Origin: Mobula hypostoma | Taxonomy: Eukaryota | DNA: 64,000 nt | Direction: 5' to 3' | Assembly: GCF_963921235.1 (NCBI RefSeq) | Contig: NC_086097.1 | Coordinates: forward strand, 171,928,001 to 171,992,000 | Shown: one piece after another, positions 39,355 to 52,295 of the stretch | How positions within the stretch are numbered: position 1 is the first letter of the stretch | How the letters are laid out: each line of letters opens with the position of its first letter | Translations under genes and position numbers: made by a program | Notes under the pieces: model-generated | The model's database searches: none | Told to the model about the DNA's origin: nothing | Seen by the model: only the letters and a program-made list of their open reading frames with translations

Positions 39355-40167
39355 CAAAGATTCTAAATCAATTTATTATCAAAGTATGTATGCAGTCTGC
39401 AACCCTGATATTTGTCTTCCCACAGACAGTTACAAAACAAAGAAAACCATGGAACCTGTTCAAAGAAAAACATCAGACCCCTAATGTGCAGAGAACAAAT
39501 TGTACAATCTGCACAAAAAAGAGCAAAAAACACAGAATGTAAATTATCAAACCAGTCATCAAAAAAATCCAGAAATATTCAATTCAGCTCAGTTCAGTTC
39601 GATCCAGCACCATGCTGTTCATTGACTGCAGGCTGCAACACCAGTCTGCCCTGATCAAAGCCACACAAAATTGTGAAAAAAAGGAGCAACCACAAGCTAG
39701 AAACACATCACAACGTGAGCCACAGAGTCCAATCCACAAACTGCAGTGTTTAAACCTTGTCTAAGACCCAAGTCTCTGAGACCTTGTCCCAGCAGCATTG
39801 AGCGAGAGGGAGAGGATGATCAAACAAACAAAGGCACCTTATTCCAGTAGCAGCGAGTGTGTGAGAGAGAGAGAGATTGAGATAGAGAGAGAGAGAGAGC
39901 GTGCCTTCCTCAACAATTTAAACAGTAAGATCGGTGATAAATAGAGTTGATCATGGACTTCCTCCCCATCTCCATGCTTGGAAACAGCAAAGCACCAGAC
40001 CACTCAATCGGCCCGAGACCACACAATCAAACTGTCGATTGCAGGCTTCAATAGCAGCATAATCACATTTGAAAGATGAAGAAGAGGCATAAGAAGTGAA
40101 AGAAGCTGTTTTGTGTCTGAAGGCTGTCTCCCTTGGTTGCATTCTTTGCTGGTGCCATCATCTCCAG
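39355..40167 (-). mobile_element. Older non-coding LINE-derived element containing (GA)n
   Basis: Minus strand starts GGAGATGATGGC (like the family X head), has a Rex1-like 3'UTR end with AATAAA, and (GA)n at about 39862-39899. Confidence 0.45.
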
Positions 40168-41519
40168 TGAATCATTTCCATCCTCTTGCTAAGGAAATTG
40201 CTCCTCATCTCAGCTTTAAATAGATGCCCTTCTATTCCGAGGCTGTGCCCTTTAGTTCTAGACTCTCCCACTGTCGGAAACATCTTCTCCATACCTGATT
40301 CCATCTGGTATGTAATCGGTTTATTGTTGTCACAGTGAAAAGTTTTTGTTTGCATGCCATCCAGTCAGATCATTCCACACATATCTACATTGAAGTAGCT
40401 AAAGTAAAGAAAAACAGAATGCAGAACATAGTGTTACAATTGCTCTGGTAAGGCTTCATCTTTCCTTTTACTTGTTCCCATTATCACTTTCCTTATTTAT
40501 CAGATTCCACCACTGGTAGCTCTTTTTTTTCTTTTTGTGACTGTATGTTTTTCTGAAATCTTAGCCAATGTGTTATGCGCAGTGTGCTGTGTGCTGTGGG
40601 TGATGTGTCTTGTACTTTGGCCTTGGAGGAACACTGTTTTGCTTGCCTATGTTCATGTACAGTTGAATGATAATTGAACTTGAACTTGAACTCTTGGCTC
40701 CACATTCACCCTCCCTTCTCCGCATCTGGATGCATCTGTCCTCATTTTTCCTTGTTTGCTTGCACCTATCCTTAATTTGCCTCTGTATCCGCACTCCTCC
40801 AGATAACCTCTCCTTTATCACTCAGCCCTCCATGGTCCACTCATCACTTACTGAGTTCTGTCTCACCCCTACCCTCCACTCAGTCTTGATACAGGGTCTC
40901 ATATGAAACATCGGCAGTTTCTCTCCCTCCACAGCCACTCCTCAAGCCACTGAGTACTTCCAGCAGTCAGGCTTTTTTTTTGCTGCTAACTAATCAAAGC
41001 ATGGATGTGGTGAGTTGAGGGAAGGTAGGAAGAGATTTCCCTGTAGGGCACTGTGGACAAGGTTGATTGGTCTTTTTCTGTTCTCTATGTTATTGCTTGG
41101 CATTTACTTTTGAACAGAGGCTGTTCTTGACAGCAATTAATAGTGTGTCAATACTGTTGAGGTGTTTCTGAGATGGAGAATAAGGAGCAATTAAATTGTA
41201 GTCTCTTTTTTTCACATAGCACTTGATTTAAGTTCAACCATGCATTCAGTGGGGAAAGATAACAGAACAGCCTTGCTAAATTGCAGTTATAGTAAATGAT
41301 TCTTACACTATTAGTGGTCACTCGTCACATACCTACTCAAAGTCAATGCAGGTGTAACATTAAGCCACATGATATAGACCGACCCTCATGATCTGATGCA
41401 CTTTAACGACAACTCGTCAGCTTCTCATTCAATATACTGGAGAAGTTCACATTTCATCACTACTGACTTCTATTTTAAAATAAGGATTGGTGGTGAGGAG
41501 TTGAATCTAATTGGTAATT

Positions 41520-42840
41520 AATTGATTATTGCCGTGTGTAACATGATACTGTACACTGAAATACTTCATTTTGCATGCCATCCATACAGATCATTCTGTG
41601 GATACAGAAGTACCCTGAGGTAGCACTGAGGGAAAAACAATAACAAAATGCAGAATGTAATGTTACAATTGCAGAGAAAGTACAATGCAAAGGTGCAAAG
41701 CCCACTTCATTGTAAGTTATGAGATTAATTTAGAGTTCAAGAAGTCTGTTCAAGAGATTGATAACAGCAGGATAGAACCTGTCCTTGAACCTGTGGTACA
41801 CGTTACCAAGTTTGTGTGTCTTCTGCAAAATGGAAGGGGGAAGAAGAGAGAATGAACAGGGAAAGAGGGGCAGTTTATTATGTTAGCTGCTTTCCTGAGG
41901 CAGTGGGAAGTGTAGACATAGTCCATGGAGGGGACGAGCTGAGCTATGTTCACAACTCTCTGCAGCTACTTGCGGTCATGGGCAGATCAATAGCCATACC
42001 AAGATGTGTTGCATCTGGATTGGATGCTTCCAGTGGTGCATCAATTAAAATGTGTGACAGCCAAGAAAGCATTTCATTCAGCAACTGCTCTTGAATCAAA
42101 AGTTGTAGGGCATTTCCACTGGTATTGTCAAGTATAGAAGAAACAGGCATGGTAGAACCGAGAAATGTCATACATATTATCCTGCTATAAATGTAATGGG
42201 GCTATTTACACTGAGGTATTAGCACAAAAGCAGGCCATCTGATTGCAGTAACATAGTAGTTAATATTACTGAACTGGGTCCTGTTACAAGCATAAGAATG
42301 TTAAAACCCAAACAGGAGTTGGACATTTTGCCTTTTATAATCTGCTCCATCAATTAATAATGATCTCTTATCCCAACACCACTTTTCCGCACTAGCTTGA
42401 TATTCATTGATCTGGTATTGGTATTGGTTTATTATTGTCACATTGGATAATTATCGAGATGTAGTGAAAAGCTTTTTTTTGAGTGCTATCAGATCATTTC
42501 ATACATAATTACACTGAAGTAGTTAAAAAATGCAGAATATAGCGTTACAGTTACAGAGAAAGTACAGACACAGATAGTCAAGTAAAGTGCAAGAGCCACG
42601 ACATCATAGATCAAGAGTTTGAGAGTTCATCTTTTAGCATATGAGAGGTCCATTAAGTGTCTAATAAGTGAGATAGGAGCTGTCCTTGAATCTGGTGATG
42701 TATGCTCTCAGGTTTTTGTATCTCTGACGAAGGGAAAGGGCAGAAAAGGGAATAATCTGGATGGGAGCCATTGCTGATTATGCTGGCTGCTTTCCTGAAG
42801 CAGCAGGAAGTATAGGTGACGTCAATGAGGGAGGATGGTT
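41520..42840 (-). mobile_element. Two old Rex1/Babar 3' fragments (about 41520-42060 and 42410-42840)
   Basis: YTSHCLRKAANII..HSLFFPLP and YTSCCFRKAASII..HPDYSLF. Confidence 0.7.
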
Positions 42841-42923
42841 TAAACACCAATCAATCAATTGTATGTCTCAAACATGCTCATCCACTGAACCCCCACATCC
42901 TACTTGGGAAGAGAATTCCAAGG

Positions 42924-43156
42924 CACAAGAGATTCTGCAGGTGCTGGAACTCTTAAGTACAAATTGCTGGACGAACTCAACTAATCAGGCAGCATCTATC
43001 AAGGCAAATAAACAATCAACTTCCAGGCCAAGATCCTTCATCAGAGCTCATCTAGTCTTCACCTAGACCTGATGAAGGGTCTCGTCCCGAAATGTTCACT
43101 TTTTTTTACCCCTCTATAAATGCTGCCTGATTTGCAGAATATTTTGTGTGTGAGCT
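42924..43156. mobile_element. Fold-back PLE-end mini-element with opposed HHR motifs
   Basis: Inverted arms; minus HHR remnant at about 43013-43048 and plus CTGATGAAGGGTCTCGTCCCGAAATGTT at 43069-43096. Degenerate 14-bp TSD AGAGAATTCCAAGG / AGAGAAATTCAAGG. Confidence 0.75.
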
Positions 43157-43616
43157 AGAGAAATTCAAGGACATTTACTCTCTGGAATGTAATATTTATT
43201 TTCATCTCATGGTGAAGTTTTTTCTCCTGAAACTGTGACTCCTGATTCTAGACAGCCCTGCTAAGGTGAACATATTGATGCACCAACCCTGTCAAATCCT
43301 AAGAGAAGATTGTATGTCTCCAAGAAATTACCTCTCATTTTCCTAGTGTGTGGGCTGAATTTTCTGAATCTCATCATTTGCTAACAGTCATTCTAGGAAT
43401 CCGTCTGATAAATAGTTATTGTTCTTACTCCATTGCAAGTCTGTCCATAGGCTGGTGATCAGATCAGGTCTGTGCAAAATGTTCAAATTCAGTTTTATCA
43501 GACTTCAGTACTCCTGTAATCATTATTTTGTAATAAAGACCAACATACCATTTACCTTCCTAAATCTTTGCTGCATCTACATGCTAGTTTTCAGTCATTC
43601 ATATGCAAGGATAATC

Positions 43617-44262
43617 GGGAGGAGAAGATGGCGGGAGGAGAAGATGGTGGCGCAGCGCAGCACGCACAGCTCTCCGGTGAAATTATATCGTATCCGTTAA
43701 ATAGGGGCCATGGACAATTCTGATTTGATGGAGACAGTCGTGAAAGCAAAGAGGAACATCTGGAGAAATTTCTGAAATGCAGGTTCACTGCTGCTGTTAC
43801 TGGGCAATCGAGAATCTTCCAGAGGGAAGGCCCCAATATTCCTGGCTTTGCCTGCTGCTGGCGACCGAGATTGAGGTCGAATCGTTCGGATAGAGATGGC
43901 GCTCGGTACTCGGTGTCGGAGGGCTGATCAGAGGCTTGAAGTTTTCGGACGACTCAGAGTCGGACTGTGGTCGGGCATGGCAGGGAGAGTTTTCTTCCTT
44001 CTCCCATCTGTGTGAGATGTGGGACATTTGAGAGACTTTGAACTTTTTACTGTGCTCATGGACTGTTCTTCATCAAGTTATGGTATTGTTGCACTGTTGT
44101 AACTATATGTTATAATTATGTGGTTTTGTTAGTTTTTTCAGTCTTGGTCTGTCCTGTGTTTTGTGATATCACACTGGAGAAATATTGTATCATTTCTTAA
44201 TACATGCATTACTAAATGACAATAAAAGAGGACTGCGTGTCCTCATAATCTAATCTAATCTA
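43617..44262 (+). mobile_element. Non-coding retroposon family X, copy 3
   Basis: Head GGGAGGAGAAGATGG is present twice in tandem; (TAATC)n tail; TSD ATAATC (43611-43616 / 44263-44268). Confidence 0.88.
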
Positions 44263-44269
44263 ATAATCT

Positions 44270-45850
44270 GGTCCCCATTAACACCAATATTAATATCGTG
44301 AGCTTTAATTTTGTTTCATAATCTCTAGTGTGGCATCTTATAAATGACTTCCTAAAGGTAACTATTTCATCTGGGTTCCTCTTATCTGTTCAGTTTGGCA
44401 ATGCCTCACAAAACTCCACAAAGCTGTCAAATGTGACTTCCCTTTTATGATTCCATGTTGATTCTGACCAATTCTGTAATTATTTTCTTCCTTGATATTA
44501 AGTTCCAGTAGTTTCCCTACCACCAATTGTAAGACCACATGACCATAAGACATAGGAAAATAATTAGGCCATTCAGCCCATCAAATCTGATCACCACTCG
44601 ATCATGGCTGATTTATTATCCCTCTCAACTCTATTCTCCTGCCTTCTTCCCATAGCCTTTCACACTTTTACCAATCAACCTCTGCTTCAAATTTACCAAA
44701 TGACCTGATGTTCTTAGCCATCTGTGGTAATGAATACCAGTTTCACGAGCTTCTGGCCGAAAAAATTCCTCCTCATCTCCATTCTAAAGTAAAGTCCTTC
44801 TATTCTGACGCTGTGCCCTCTGGTCCTAGATTCCCTACTATGGGAAACATCCTCTCCACATCCACTCTTTTTAGGCCTTTCAATATTCAGTAGGTTTCAA
44901 TGAAATCCCCTTTCATTCTTGTAAACTCACGTGAGTATCAAATGCTCTTTATACGTTAAACCTTTCATTCCCAGGTTCATTATTGCAAATCTCCTCTGGA
45001 CCTTCTCCAGTGCCAGCACATCATACCTTAGATATGGGGCCCAAAAGAACTCATTATACTTAATTTTAGGTCATTCCATTGAATGTTTTCAAAAATAACA
45101 GAGCAATAAATCCTTGCTTTTATATTATAGACATAGAGTCATAGAAAAGGCCTCTTGAAATGAATGCTAACTTTGCAGTTGCCTTATCACTGACTCAATT
45201 TGAAAGTTAACCTTTAGGGAATAACCTACACAAGGACTCCCAAGGCCCTTTGCACCTCTGATTTCTGAATTTGCTCCCCATTTATAAAGTAGTCTGCACC
45301 TTCATTCCTTCTACTGAAGTGCATGGCAATGCAATTTCCTACACTGTATTCCATCTGTCACTTCTTTGCCCACTCTTCTAATACGTCCAAGTCATTTTGC
45401 AGACTTTCTGCTTCTTCAACACTGTCTGCCCATCCACCAATCTCTGAATTATCCACAAACTTTGCCAAAAAGAAGCCATGAATTCCATCATCCAGTTGAT
45501 TAACATATAAATTGAAAAGTAGCAGACCCAACACTGTCTCCTGCGGAACTCCAGCAGCCAAGCAGAAAAAGCTCCCTTTAGTCACACTCTTTGCCTTCTG
45601 CTAGTCAGCTAATCTGTCCATGCTAATGTCTTTCCCATGACACCATGGGCTCTTATCTTGTTTAACAGTCTCATGAGTGGCACCTTGTCAAATGTGACTA
45701 GGTTATCTGTAATTATCTGTAGATTAACTGCATAGCTTCTTATTTTATCTCTCCATTCTTTCTTAACTAGTGGTTTTACATTTACTGAGCTCTCCAAATT
45801 ATTTTAGAATCAATGGAATTTTTGGAAGATGACAACTGGTGCATCCGCTT
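44270..45850 (-). mobile_element. Nested old CR1 fragments
   Basis: QHGIIKGKSHLT, FDKVPLMRLLNKIRAHG and GVPQETVLGLLLFNLYVN..AKFVDNS; CR1 3'UTR and tail at about 44530-44620. Confidence 0.75.
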
Positions 45851-46534
45851 CCTCCTGAACCCATGTGGATAACTTCAATCAGCAGTATTCTGAAGTGATT
45901 TTACAACCTACAGACTCACTTTCCACTTTACAAGTCACATTCAGGTATTACATTTTATTTGCACAGCTTGTCTTCTTTTGCACATTTATTGTTTGTCAGT
46001 CTTTATCTGTTTACATATAGTTTTTCATAAATTCTATTGTTTTGTTTTCTTGTAAATTCCTGTAAATAAATGAATCTCAAGGTAATATAGAAACAAATAC
46101 AGTACATATTTTGATAATATATGTACCTAGATCATTGAACTTTGAACCTAATGTAGCCACCCCATTCCAAACCTTGGGTTGCAGATCATCAGGACGTGAG
46201 GATTCAACAGTTATCAGTTCCATTAAATTTTCCAACTCCTATATTTTATAAATTAAAATGATTTTCTTTCAGAGTGTCCAGAAGAAGTTCACAACAATGA
46301 TCCCAGTAATGAATTTAAATCTTAACATAAGAGGAACATTTGATGTCTCTGGGCTTGTAATTGATAGAATTCAGAACAATGGGTGGGGGAAGGAAATCTC
46401 ATTAAAAACTATCAGATGCTGAATAGCCTGGATAGAGTTTCCATTGGTGGGACAGTCTAGGGTTTGAGGGCTTAGCCTCAGAATAAATGAATGTCTCTTA
46501 AAAACTGTGTATGTGAGTGTGAATGTGTATGTGT

Positions 46535-46957
46535 GTCGTGTCTATCCCTCGAGGTCGAGGATAATGGTCTTCGTTCTGAAGAAGTGGCCCACAGAGTGAA
46601 GATGCCTGTGCATGTATTTGTTTAATGTGTACTTGATGTTGCATTCCAAGAAGCACATGATTCTTCACAAATCAACCAACTGATTCCAATGGCATGGAAA
46701 CCACAACGATTGGAACTGATGGATTTGTTGCAGCTTCATCCGACTTCACAGCCGTTGAGTTCGAAGTAACTTCGTCCACCTGTTCCACCATTGAGGTCTT
46801 GGTTGGATTGTTCTTTGTCAGGGACCTCACCCTCAACCTTACTGCCATGGGTGACCCTACCAGGAGCATAGCTCTAGACGGCATTGCTCTCAGGATTACA
46901 GGACCACACAAGCTTCTCCACCACGACAGAGTGACAATCCACAGAGAACCACAAGGA
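46535..46957 (-). mobile_element. Non-autonomous bipartite RTE-clade (Rex3/Expander/BovB-like) element
   Basis: Minus head GTGGATTGTCACTCTGTCGTGGTGGAGAAGCTTGTGTG..GCTATGCTCCTGGTAGGGTCACCCATGGCA..CTGACAAAG resembles RTE 5'UTRs. No RT; sits in a TG-rich microsatellite. Confidence 0.65.
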
Positions 46958-48123
46958 TGTGTGTATATCATTTAAGATGGAGGATAAATACTGACCTTGC
47001 TGGTGACAGATCCACAAAGATGAGGAAATTCCTTCTCTGGGCATTAATTCTCATTAAGCTACTGAAAGCAATAGCAAATTATCTCTAAAACTCTGCCCGC
47101 AACTTATCTTTCATTTGGCATTGCTAAAATACAAATGATCTAAGTATTATCACATTGATTTTTAATGGCCCATAATTTGTCTACTGCTTTTCATGTCACA
47201 GAGGATTCTGAACTCAGAGAGACAATAATCATTGATAAGGGTGAAGGTAAATTCAGCTCATATTTCCAGTGTAGTGTAAAACTATTCTGGCAATTTCTGG
47301 AGGCTGGCAATTAAATAACTTGTGCAGGCAAAAGCCAATCAAGATCTAAAAGCAGCTAAGCTGGAATGGCTACAATCCAAACTGATTCTTAAGAGAAAAT
47401 ATCCTCAACCTAGATCAATTTAAAGAGATAAAAGCATGAGCCAGTGGATAAATTGCTTGAATGTACAGTAAATTGTTCCTTCAGACTGGAAAGTCAGAAT
47501 GAGTTTGAGGTCAAAGAGTAATTGTTGCCTTTGAGAATATATATTGATTTTTAAGAAGACACGACTGAGAAATTGATGCCTTTCTACTGCAATTTCTCCC
47601 AGGGCATTGGATATACCTTATCCATTTTACTTCTTCTGATTTGATGAGGTATCTTATTCCGAAAGATTTATTTTTTGAATTGTGACTGCTTTCTCTGAAT
47701 ATAAAAATGAACAGCTTCAAAGGGTTGGTCTGAGAGAAGGGTCTTCAAGATTATGGAGACCTAAGAAAATGCAGATGACAGAATCTGGAGCAACACGTGA
47801 TCCAGAAAAAGACATCTGTGGTGGGGGCAGGAACTGTCAAAATTACAATTATTGCTTTTGTCCCTTATACCCTCCCTACCTCCCCAGAAATGCTGCTCAA
47901 CCTGTTGAGTTCTTCTAGCAGATTTCTCGGGGAATATGAATTCCTTTTAGTCTATCTGTGAATACTAACAGTGGTGCGTTCATCACAGAGAGGGGAAAGT
48001 AGAATTTAGAGTGTAACTGATTCAACCTTTTCCAAGGCACACTATCAATGATACAATATAAAAATTATTTCCAAATGAAGTAGCTCTTTTAAGCTGGAAA
48101 ACAAGAGACAGAACTAATACCAA

Positions 48124-48861
48124 TGAAACCCCTTTTTACTCGGCGTCTCTAGAAATGCAGCCTGTTAACCCCTCGCTAACAGCCACCAGACTTGGTGGTG
48201 AGAAAATCACTTTTCTCAGACTCTGTACTTCTAGAGTAGATATGACTTGGGTCCTGCCAAGCGCATGAGGTTGGGAAGTCTCACCCACCCAAACCTCGAT
48301 CTGTGTGAATACTGTGTAATTTACAACCCTCATGCAATCATCTGACAGCATACAATTATAAAGAAAGTATATTTATGATTGTTAGCTTAACCAAACAGTT
48401 GTCAAAGAAGAGAAAGAAAAAAAAACAAAAGGGTCCATCATAATTAAATAGTCAAATGTGCACAGGTCGAAGCTCAAATCTTCCAAAACCTGTTGTGTCC
48501 AATGTATTCATGGCGCCAACTCACTTACCGATCCCCGGTAGAATTCCCTTCGTGGGTTCCATTGGATCATGTATTCCCACCGGATTGGACCTTACAGTCG
48601 GTTCGCTCAAGGTTCCCTCTCCATCTCCTGCTGAAAAAGACCTCGGACCACTTCAGTGTCCGTCACAAAACCTCCCCCCCCAGCATTCTCTACAACCTTC
48701 TCCCAGATCCACCACCCTAATTAGATGACACAACATTGCTAAGCATCCCTTATCTTTAACAGTAACTCAAACACTACCAGCAGAACTCACTGCTTCTATA
48801 GAAAACTATTACATGAAATACCCTACCGCGTTAGCAGTAAAATCTTTACCAGGGTGTTACA
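48124..48861. mobile_element. Solo LTR
   Basis: TGAAACCCC...GGGTGTTACA termini (TG..CA) and 4-bp TSD CCAA (48120-48123 / 48862-48865). Confidence 0.7.
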
Positions 48862-49046
48862 CCAACAATTAAATGAGATTCAATACATATTGCAGGAAGC
48901 TGAGCCCAAAACCTAAGCTAGCACTTGAGTGCAGCAATGTCAGTATGCCGCACAGTCACAAACTAATCTGCAGATGCTGGGGTCAAAGCAACACTCACAA
49001 CACGCTGGAGGAACTCAGCAGGTCGGGCAGCATCCGTGGAAAAGAT

Positions 49047-49084
49047 CAGTCGACGTTTCGGGCCGGAACCCTTCGTCAGGACTG
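49047..49084 (-). ncRNA. Minimal hammerhead ribozyme (intact core)
   Basis: CAGTC CTGACGA A GGG TTCCGG CCC GAAAC GTC^GACTG. Confidence 0.88.
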
Positions 49085-49686
49085 TAGAGGGAAGGGACAG
49101 AGGCCCCATAAAGAAGGTGGGGGGAGGGTGGGAAGGAGAAGGCTGATAGGTTCCAGGTGAAAAACCGGTAAGGGGAAGCATAAAGGGATGGGAGAAGGGA
49201 GGCAGGGAGGTGATAGGCAGGAAAGGTGAAGAAGGCATAGGGGAAAACACAATGGGTAGTAGAAGGAGGCAGAACCATGAGGGAGGTAATAGGCAGCTGG
49301 GGGAGGGGGCAGAGTGACATAGGGATACAGGAAGGGAGGGGCAGGGAATTACCGGAAGAATATACCATCTTGGTAGTCTCCAGCCCCTTGGTATGAACAT
49401 AGAATTCTCCAACTTCCGGTAATTCCCTGCCCCTCCCTTCCTCTACCCCTATGTCACTCTGCCCCCTCCCCCAGCTGCCTATCACCTCCCTCATGGTTCC
49501 GCCTCCTTCTACTACCCATTGTGTTTTCCCCTATTCCTTCTTCACCTTTCCTGCCTGTCACCTCCCTGCTTCTCCTCCCCCACCCCTTTATCTTTCCCCT
49601 TACTAGTTTTTCACCAGGAACCTACCAGCCTTCTCCTTCCCACCCTCCCCACACCTTCTTTATAGGGCCTCTGCCCCTTCCCTCTA

Positions 49687-49724
49687 CAGTACTGACAAAG
49701 GGTTCCGGCCCGAAACGTTGACCG
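49687..49724 (+). ncRNA. Hammerhead copy with core mutation (CTGACAA)
   Basis: CAGTACTGACAAAGGGTTCCGGCCCGAAACGTTGACCG. Confidence 0.65.
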
Positions 49725-49889
49725 ATCTTTTCCACGGATGCTGCCCGACCTGCTGAGTTCCTCCAGCGTGTGGTGAGTGTTGCCGCACAGTCACAACTGC
49801 TTTCCTTCAATGTGATGCTAAAATTTGTTTACCTCACACATCACTCCCCAAACGTTTAAAGGATGTTTGGACAGGCACATATTGTTTAG

Positions 49890-50610
49890 ACAAGTGTTGA
49901 GGTTGAGAGATTCAAGTTCCCAGGAGTGAACATCATCTTGTCCTTCTTGTTCTGGTACAATCACATTGATATCATGGCCAAGAAAGCTCACCAACATTTC
50001 TGTTTTCTCAGGAGGCTAAAATAATGCAGTATATCCCCGTTGATCCTGAATGATTTTTATCAGTCAGCATAGACAACATCCTACTAGGATGGAAACAATT
50101 TGGCATGGCAACTGCTCTGCACGTGATCACAAGAAATTGCAGAGCTATGGACCCAGCTCAGCCCATCAGGGTAACCAGCCTCCCCTCCAGCGACTCCATT
50201 TATACTTCTCCCTGCCTCGGGAAAGCAGCCAGCATAAGCCAAGACCCTACCCGCCCTGAACATTGTCTTTTATCCCCACCAGCACTGGGCAAAAGATACA
50301 AAAGCCTGAAAGAACACGTCACCAGGCTCAAAGACAGCTTCTACCCCACTGTTATAAGACTATTAAATGGTTCCCAAGTACTGTAAGGTGACTCTTGATC
50401 TCACAAACAAATTTGTTATGTTTTTACACCTTACTGTTTACCTGCACTGTACATTCTCTGTAGCTGATATGCATTATTCTGCATTGTGTTGTTGTTTACC
50501 TTGTTCTATCTCAGTCCACTGTGGAATTATTTGATCTGTTTGAATAGTATGGAAGACAAGCTTTTCGCTGTATTTTAGTACATGTGACAGTAATGAACCA
50601 AAACCAATGC
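49890..50610 (+). mobile_element. Old Rex1/Babar 3' fragment
   Basis: IYTSPCLGKAASISQDPTRP..GKRYKSLK..RLKDSFYPTVIRLLN. Confidence 0.8.
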
Positions 50611-50849
50611 CATTTCCAACATGTAGAGAAAACGCCCCGAGTGATATTTGCCAAGCAGAGCCAAAGGGAACCAGTTCAGATTGACATTTTGGTTGGCATG
50701 GACAAGCTAGGCCAAGTGGCCGGTTCTAAAACAGACATTCTGTTCCAGGTCTTGCCCTGGGAAGAGGCTATTGAGTGTATAGAGGAGATAATTAAAGGAT
50801 GTATTAAATCAAGTTTATTGTCACGTGCATTAATGCAGTGCAATAATTA

Positions 50850-51705
50850 ATGCACATGATAACATCCTGGAGATTGTTTTAGAACAGACAGACCAAGGAG
50901 TATAAGTACATAGTTCCCTGGTAGTGGCATCACTGAGAGAAAAGGAGATAAAAAGGCCTTTGGCATGCTGTTCTTGATCGGTCTTAATTGGGTGCAGAAG
51001 ATGGAAAGAGATGTTGCATTTGTACAAAATATAATTGAGGTGACACTTGGAATGTTGACTTCAGTCTTGGTCATCCTACTACAGCAGAGATGCCATTCAG
51101 CTTGAATGAGTATAGAAAAGATATACGAGAATGTTTCCAGGACTTGAGGAACTGGGTTATAGGGAGAGGTTGGGCAGGTTGGGACTTAATTCCTTGAAGC
51201 ATCAGTCTGAAAAAGGTGTATAACATTGTGAGGAAGAATGCATGCAGTCCTTTTCCCGGAGTTGAAGAATCATGAACTAGACAGTATAGGTTTAAGGTGA
51301 AAGAGGGATGATTTAATGGGAACCTGACCATTAACATTTCCGCATGGATGGCGGTCCATGCATGGAATATGCTGCCAAAGGGAGTGGTTGAGCCTGATAC
51401 AATAATAAAATTGAGAAGACATTTAGACAGGTACATGCAACACCCACAAAATGCTGAAGGAATTCAGCGGGCCAGGCAGCATCTATGGAAGAGAATACAG
51501 TCGAGATGCTGCCTGGCCTGTTGAGTTCCTCCAGCATTTTGTGTGTGTTGCTCTGATTTCCAGCATCTGCAGATTTGCTCTTATTTGTGGTTGGAGAGGT
51601 AAGGATTGAAAGAGACATGGGTCAAATGCTGGCAAATGGCACTAGCAGATGGGCATCAGGATCAGCAGGGACCAGTTGGGCTGAAGAGCCTGTTTCTATG
51701 CTGTT
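50850..51705 (+). mobile_element. Old CR1 3' fragment containing a fold-back PLE-end mini-element (51437-51589)
   Basis: CR1 remnant (RMFPGLEELGYRERLGRLG..WNMLPKGVVE). Inverted arms GCAACACCCACAAAATGCTG... / ...CAGCATTTTGTGTGTGTTGC. Confidence 0.7.
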
Positions 51706-51854
51706 AAACTTGGAAAGCTGGCACATGACCTCACAAAGTGAAGAAGAGACTTTAAAGGTGGCCCAGAGGAACTCAAGCCCATGCCCAGATCACAGAGAAG
51801 CCCAGTGTGAATGATGAAAGCACCTTCCAAACAATCCCAGCTCCTGCCAGGTCA

Positions 51855-52295
51855 GACAGAGTGTACTGTCACATGCACAAGTATGGTGAAGAACACTACA
51901 GTGAAAACCTGCTTGTAACAGCACATAGGCTCAGACAGCAACACACAGAATAGATTATACATAAATCATTCATAAATTATAAAAGACAATAAAGAAACAA
52001 AACTCTTCAAAACAGGATGTTAATGTGAAAAAAAAACAAGGTCAGTGACAAGTGCATGACAGTGCAAGTTAAGTTCTGTGGTTTTCCACGGCTGAGATAG
52101 GGTTACAGTTGTGCAGGCTGGTTCAAGAATGCGACAATTGTAGGAAAGAAGCTGATCCTGAACCTAACAGGGTGGGACTTCAGGCTTCTGTACCTCCTGT
52201 CTGAGGATAGCAGCAGGAAGAGAGCATGACTCAGACAGTGGGGCTCCATGATGATAGATGCTGCTTTCCTGAGTCTGTGCTTCTTGTAGGTGCTT
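51855..52295 (-). mobile_element. Old Rex1/Babar 3' fragment
   Basis: RLRKAASII..HALFLLLSSDRRYRSLKSH..RFRISFFP. Confidence 0.75.

Larger units (their letters stand above)
48962..49780. mobile_element. Hairpin PLE insertion (second family): inverted terminal repeat + last 20 codons of the ORF + terminal repeat
   Basis: Arms about 48988-49358 and 49413-49783 are inverted. The centre encodes IYHLGSLQPLGMNIEFSNFR*. TSD TGCCGCACAGTCACAA (48946-48961 / 49781-49796). Confidence 0.92.

Noticed and set aside
47600..47675. Possible small exon (CCCAG|GGC...GAG|GTATCT)
   Set aside because: Weak donor, two frames blocked and no recognisable peptide.
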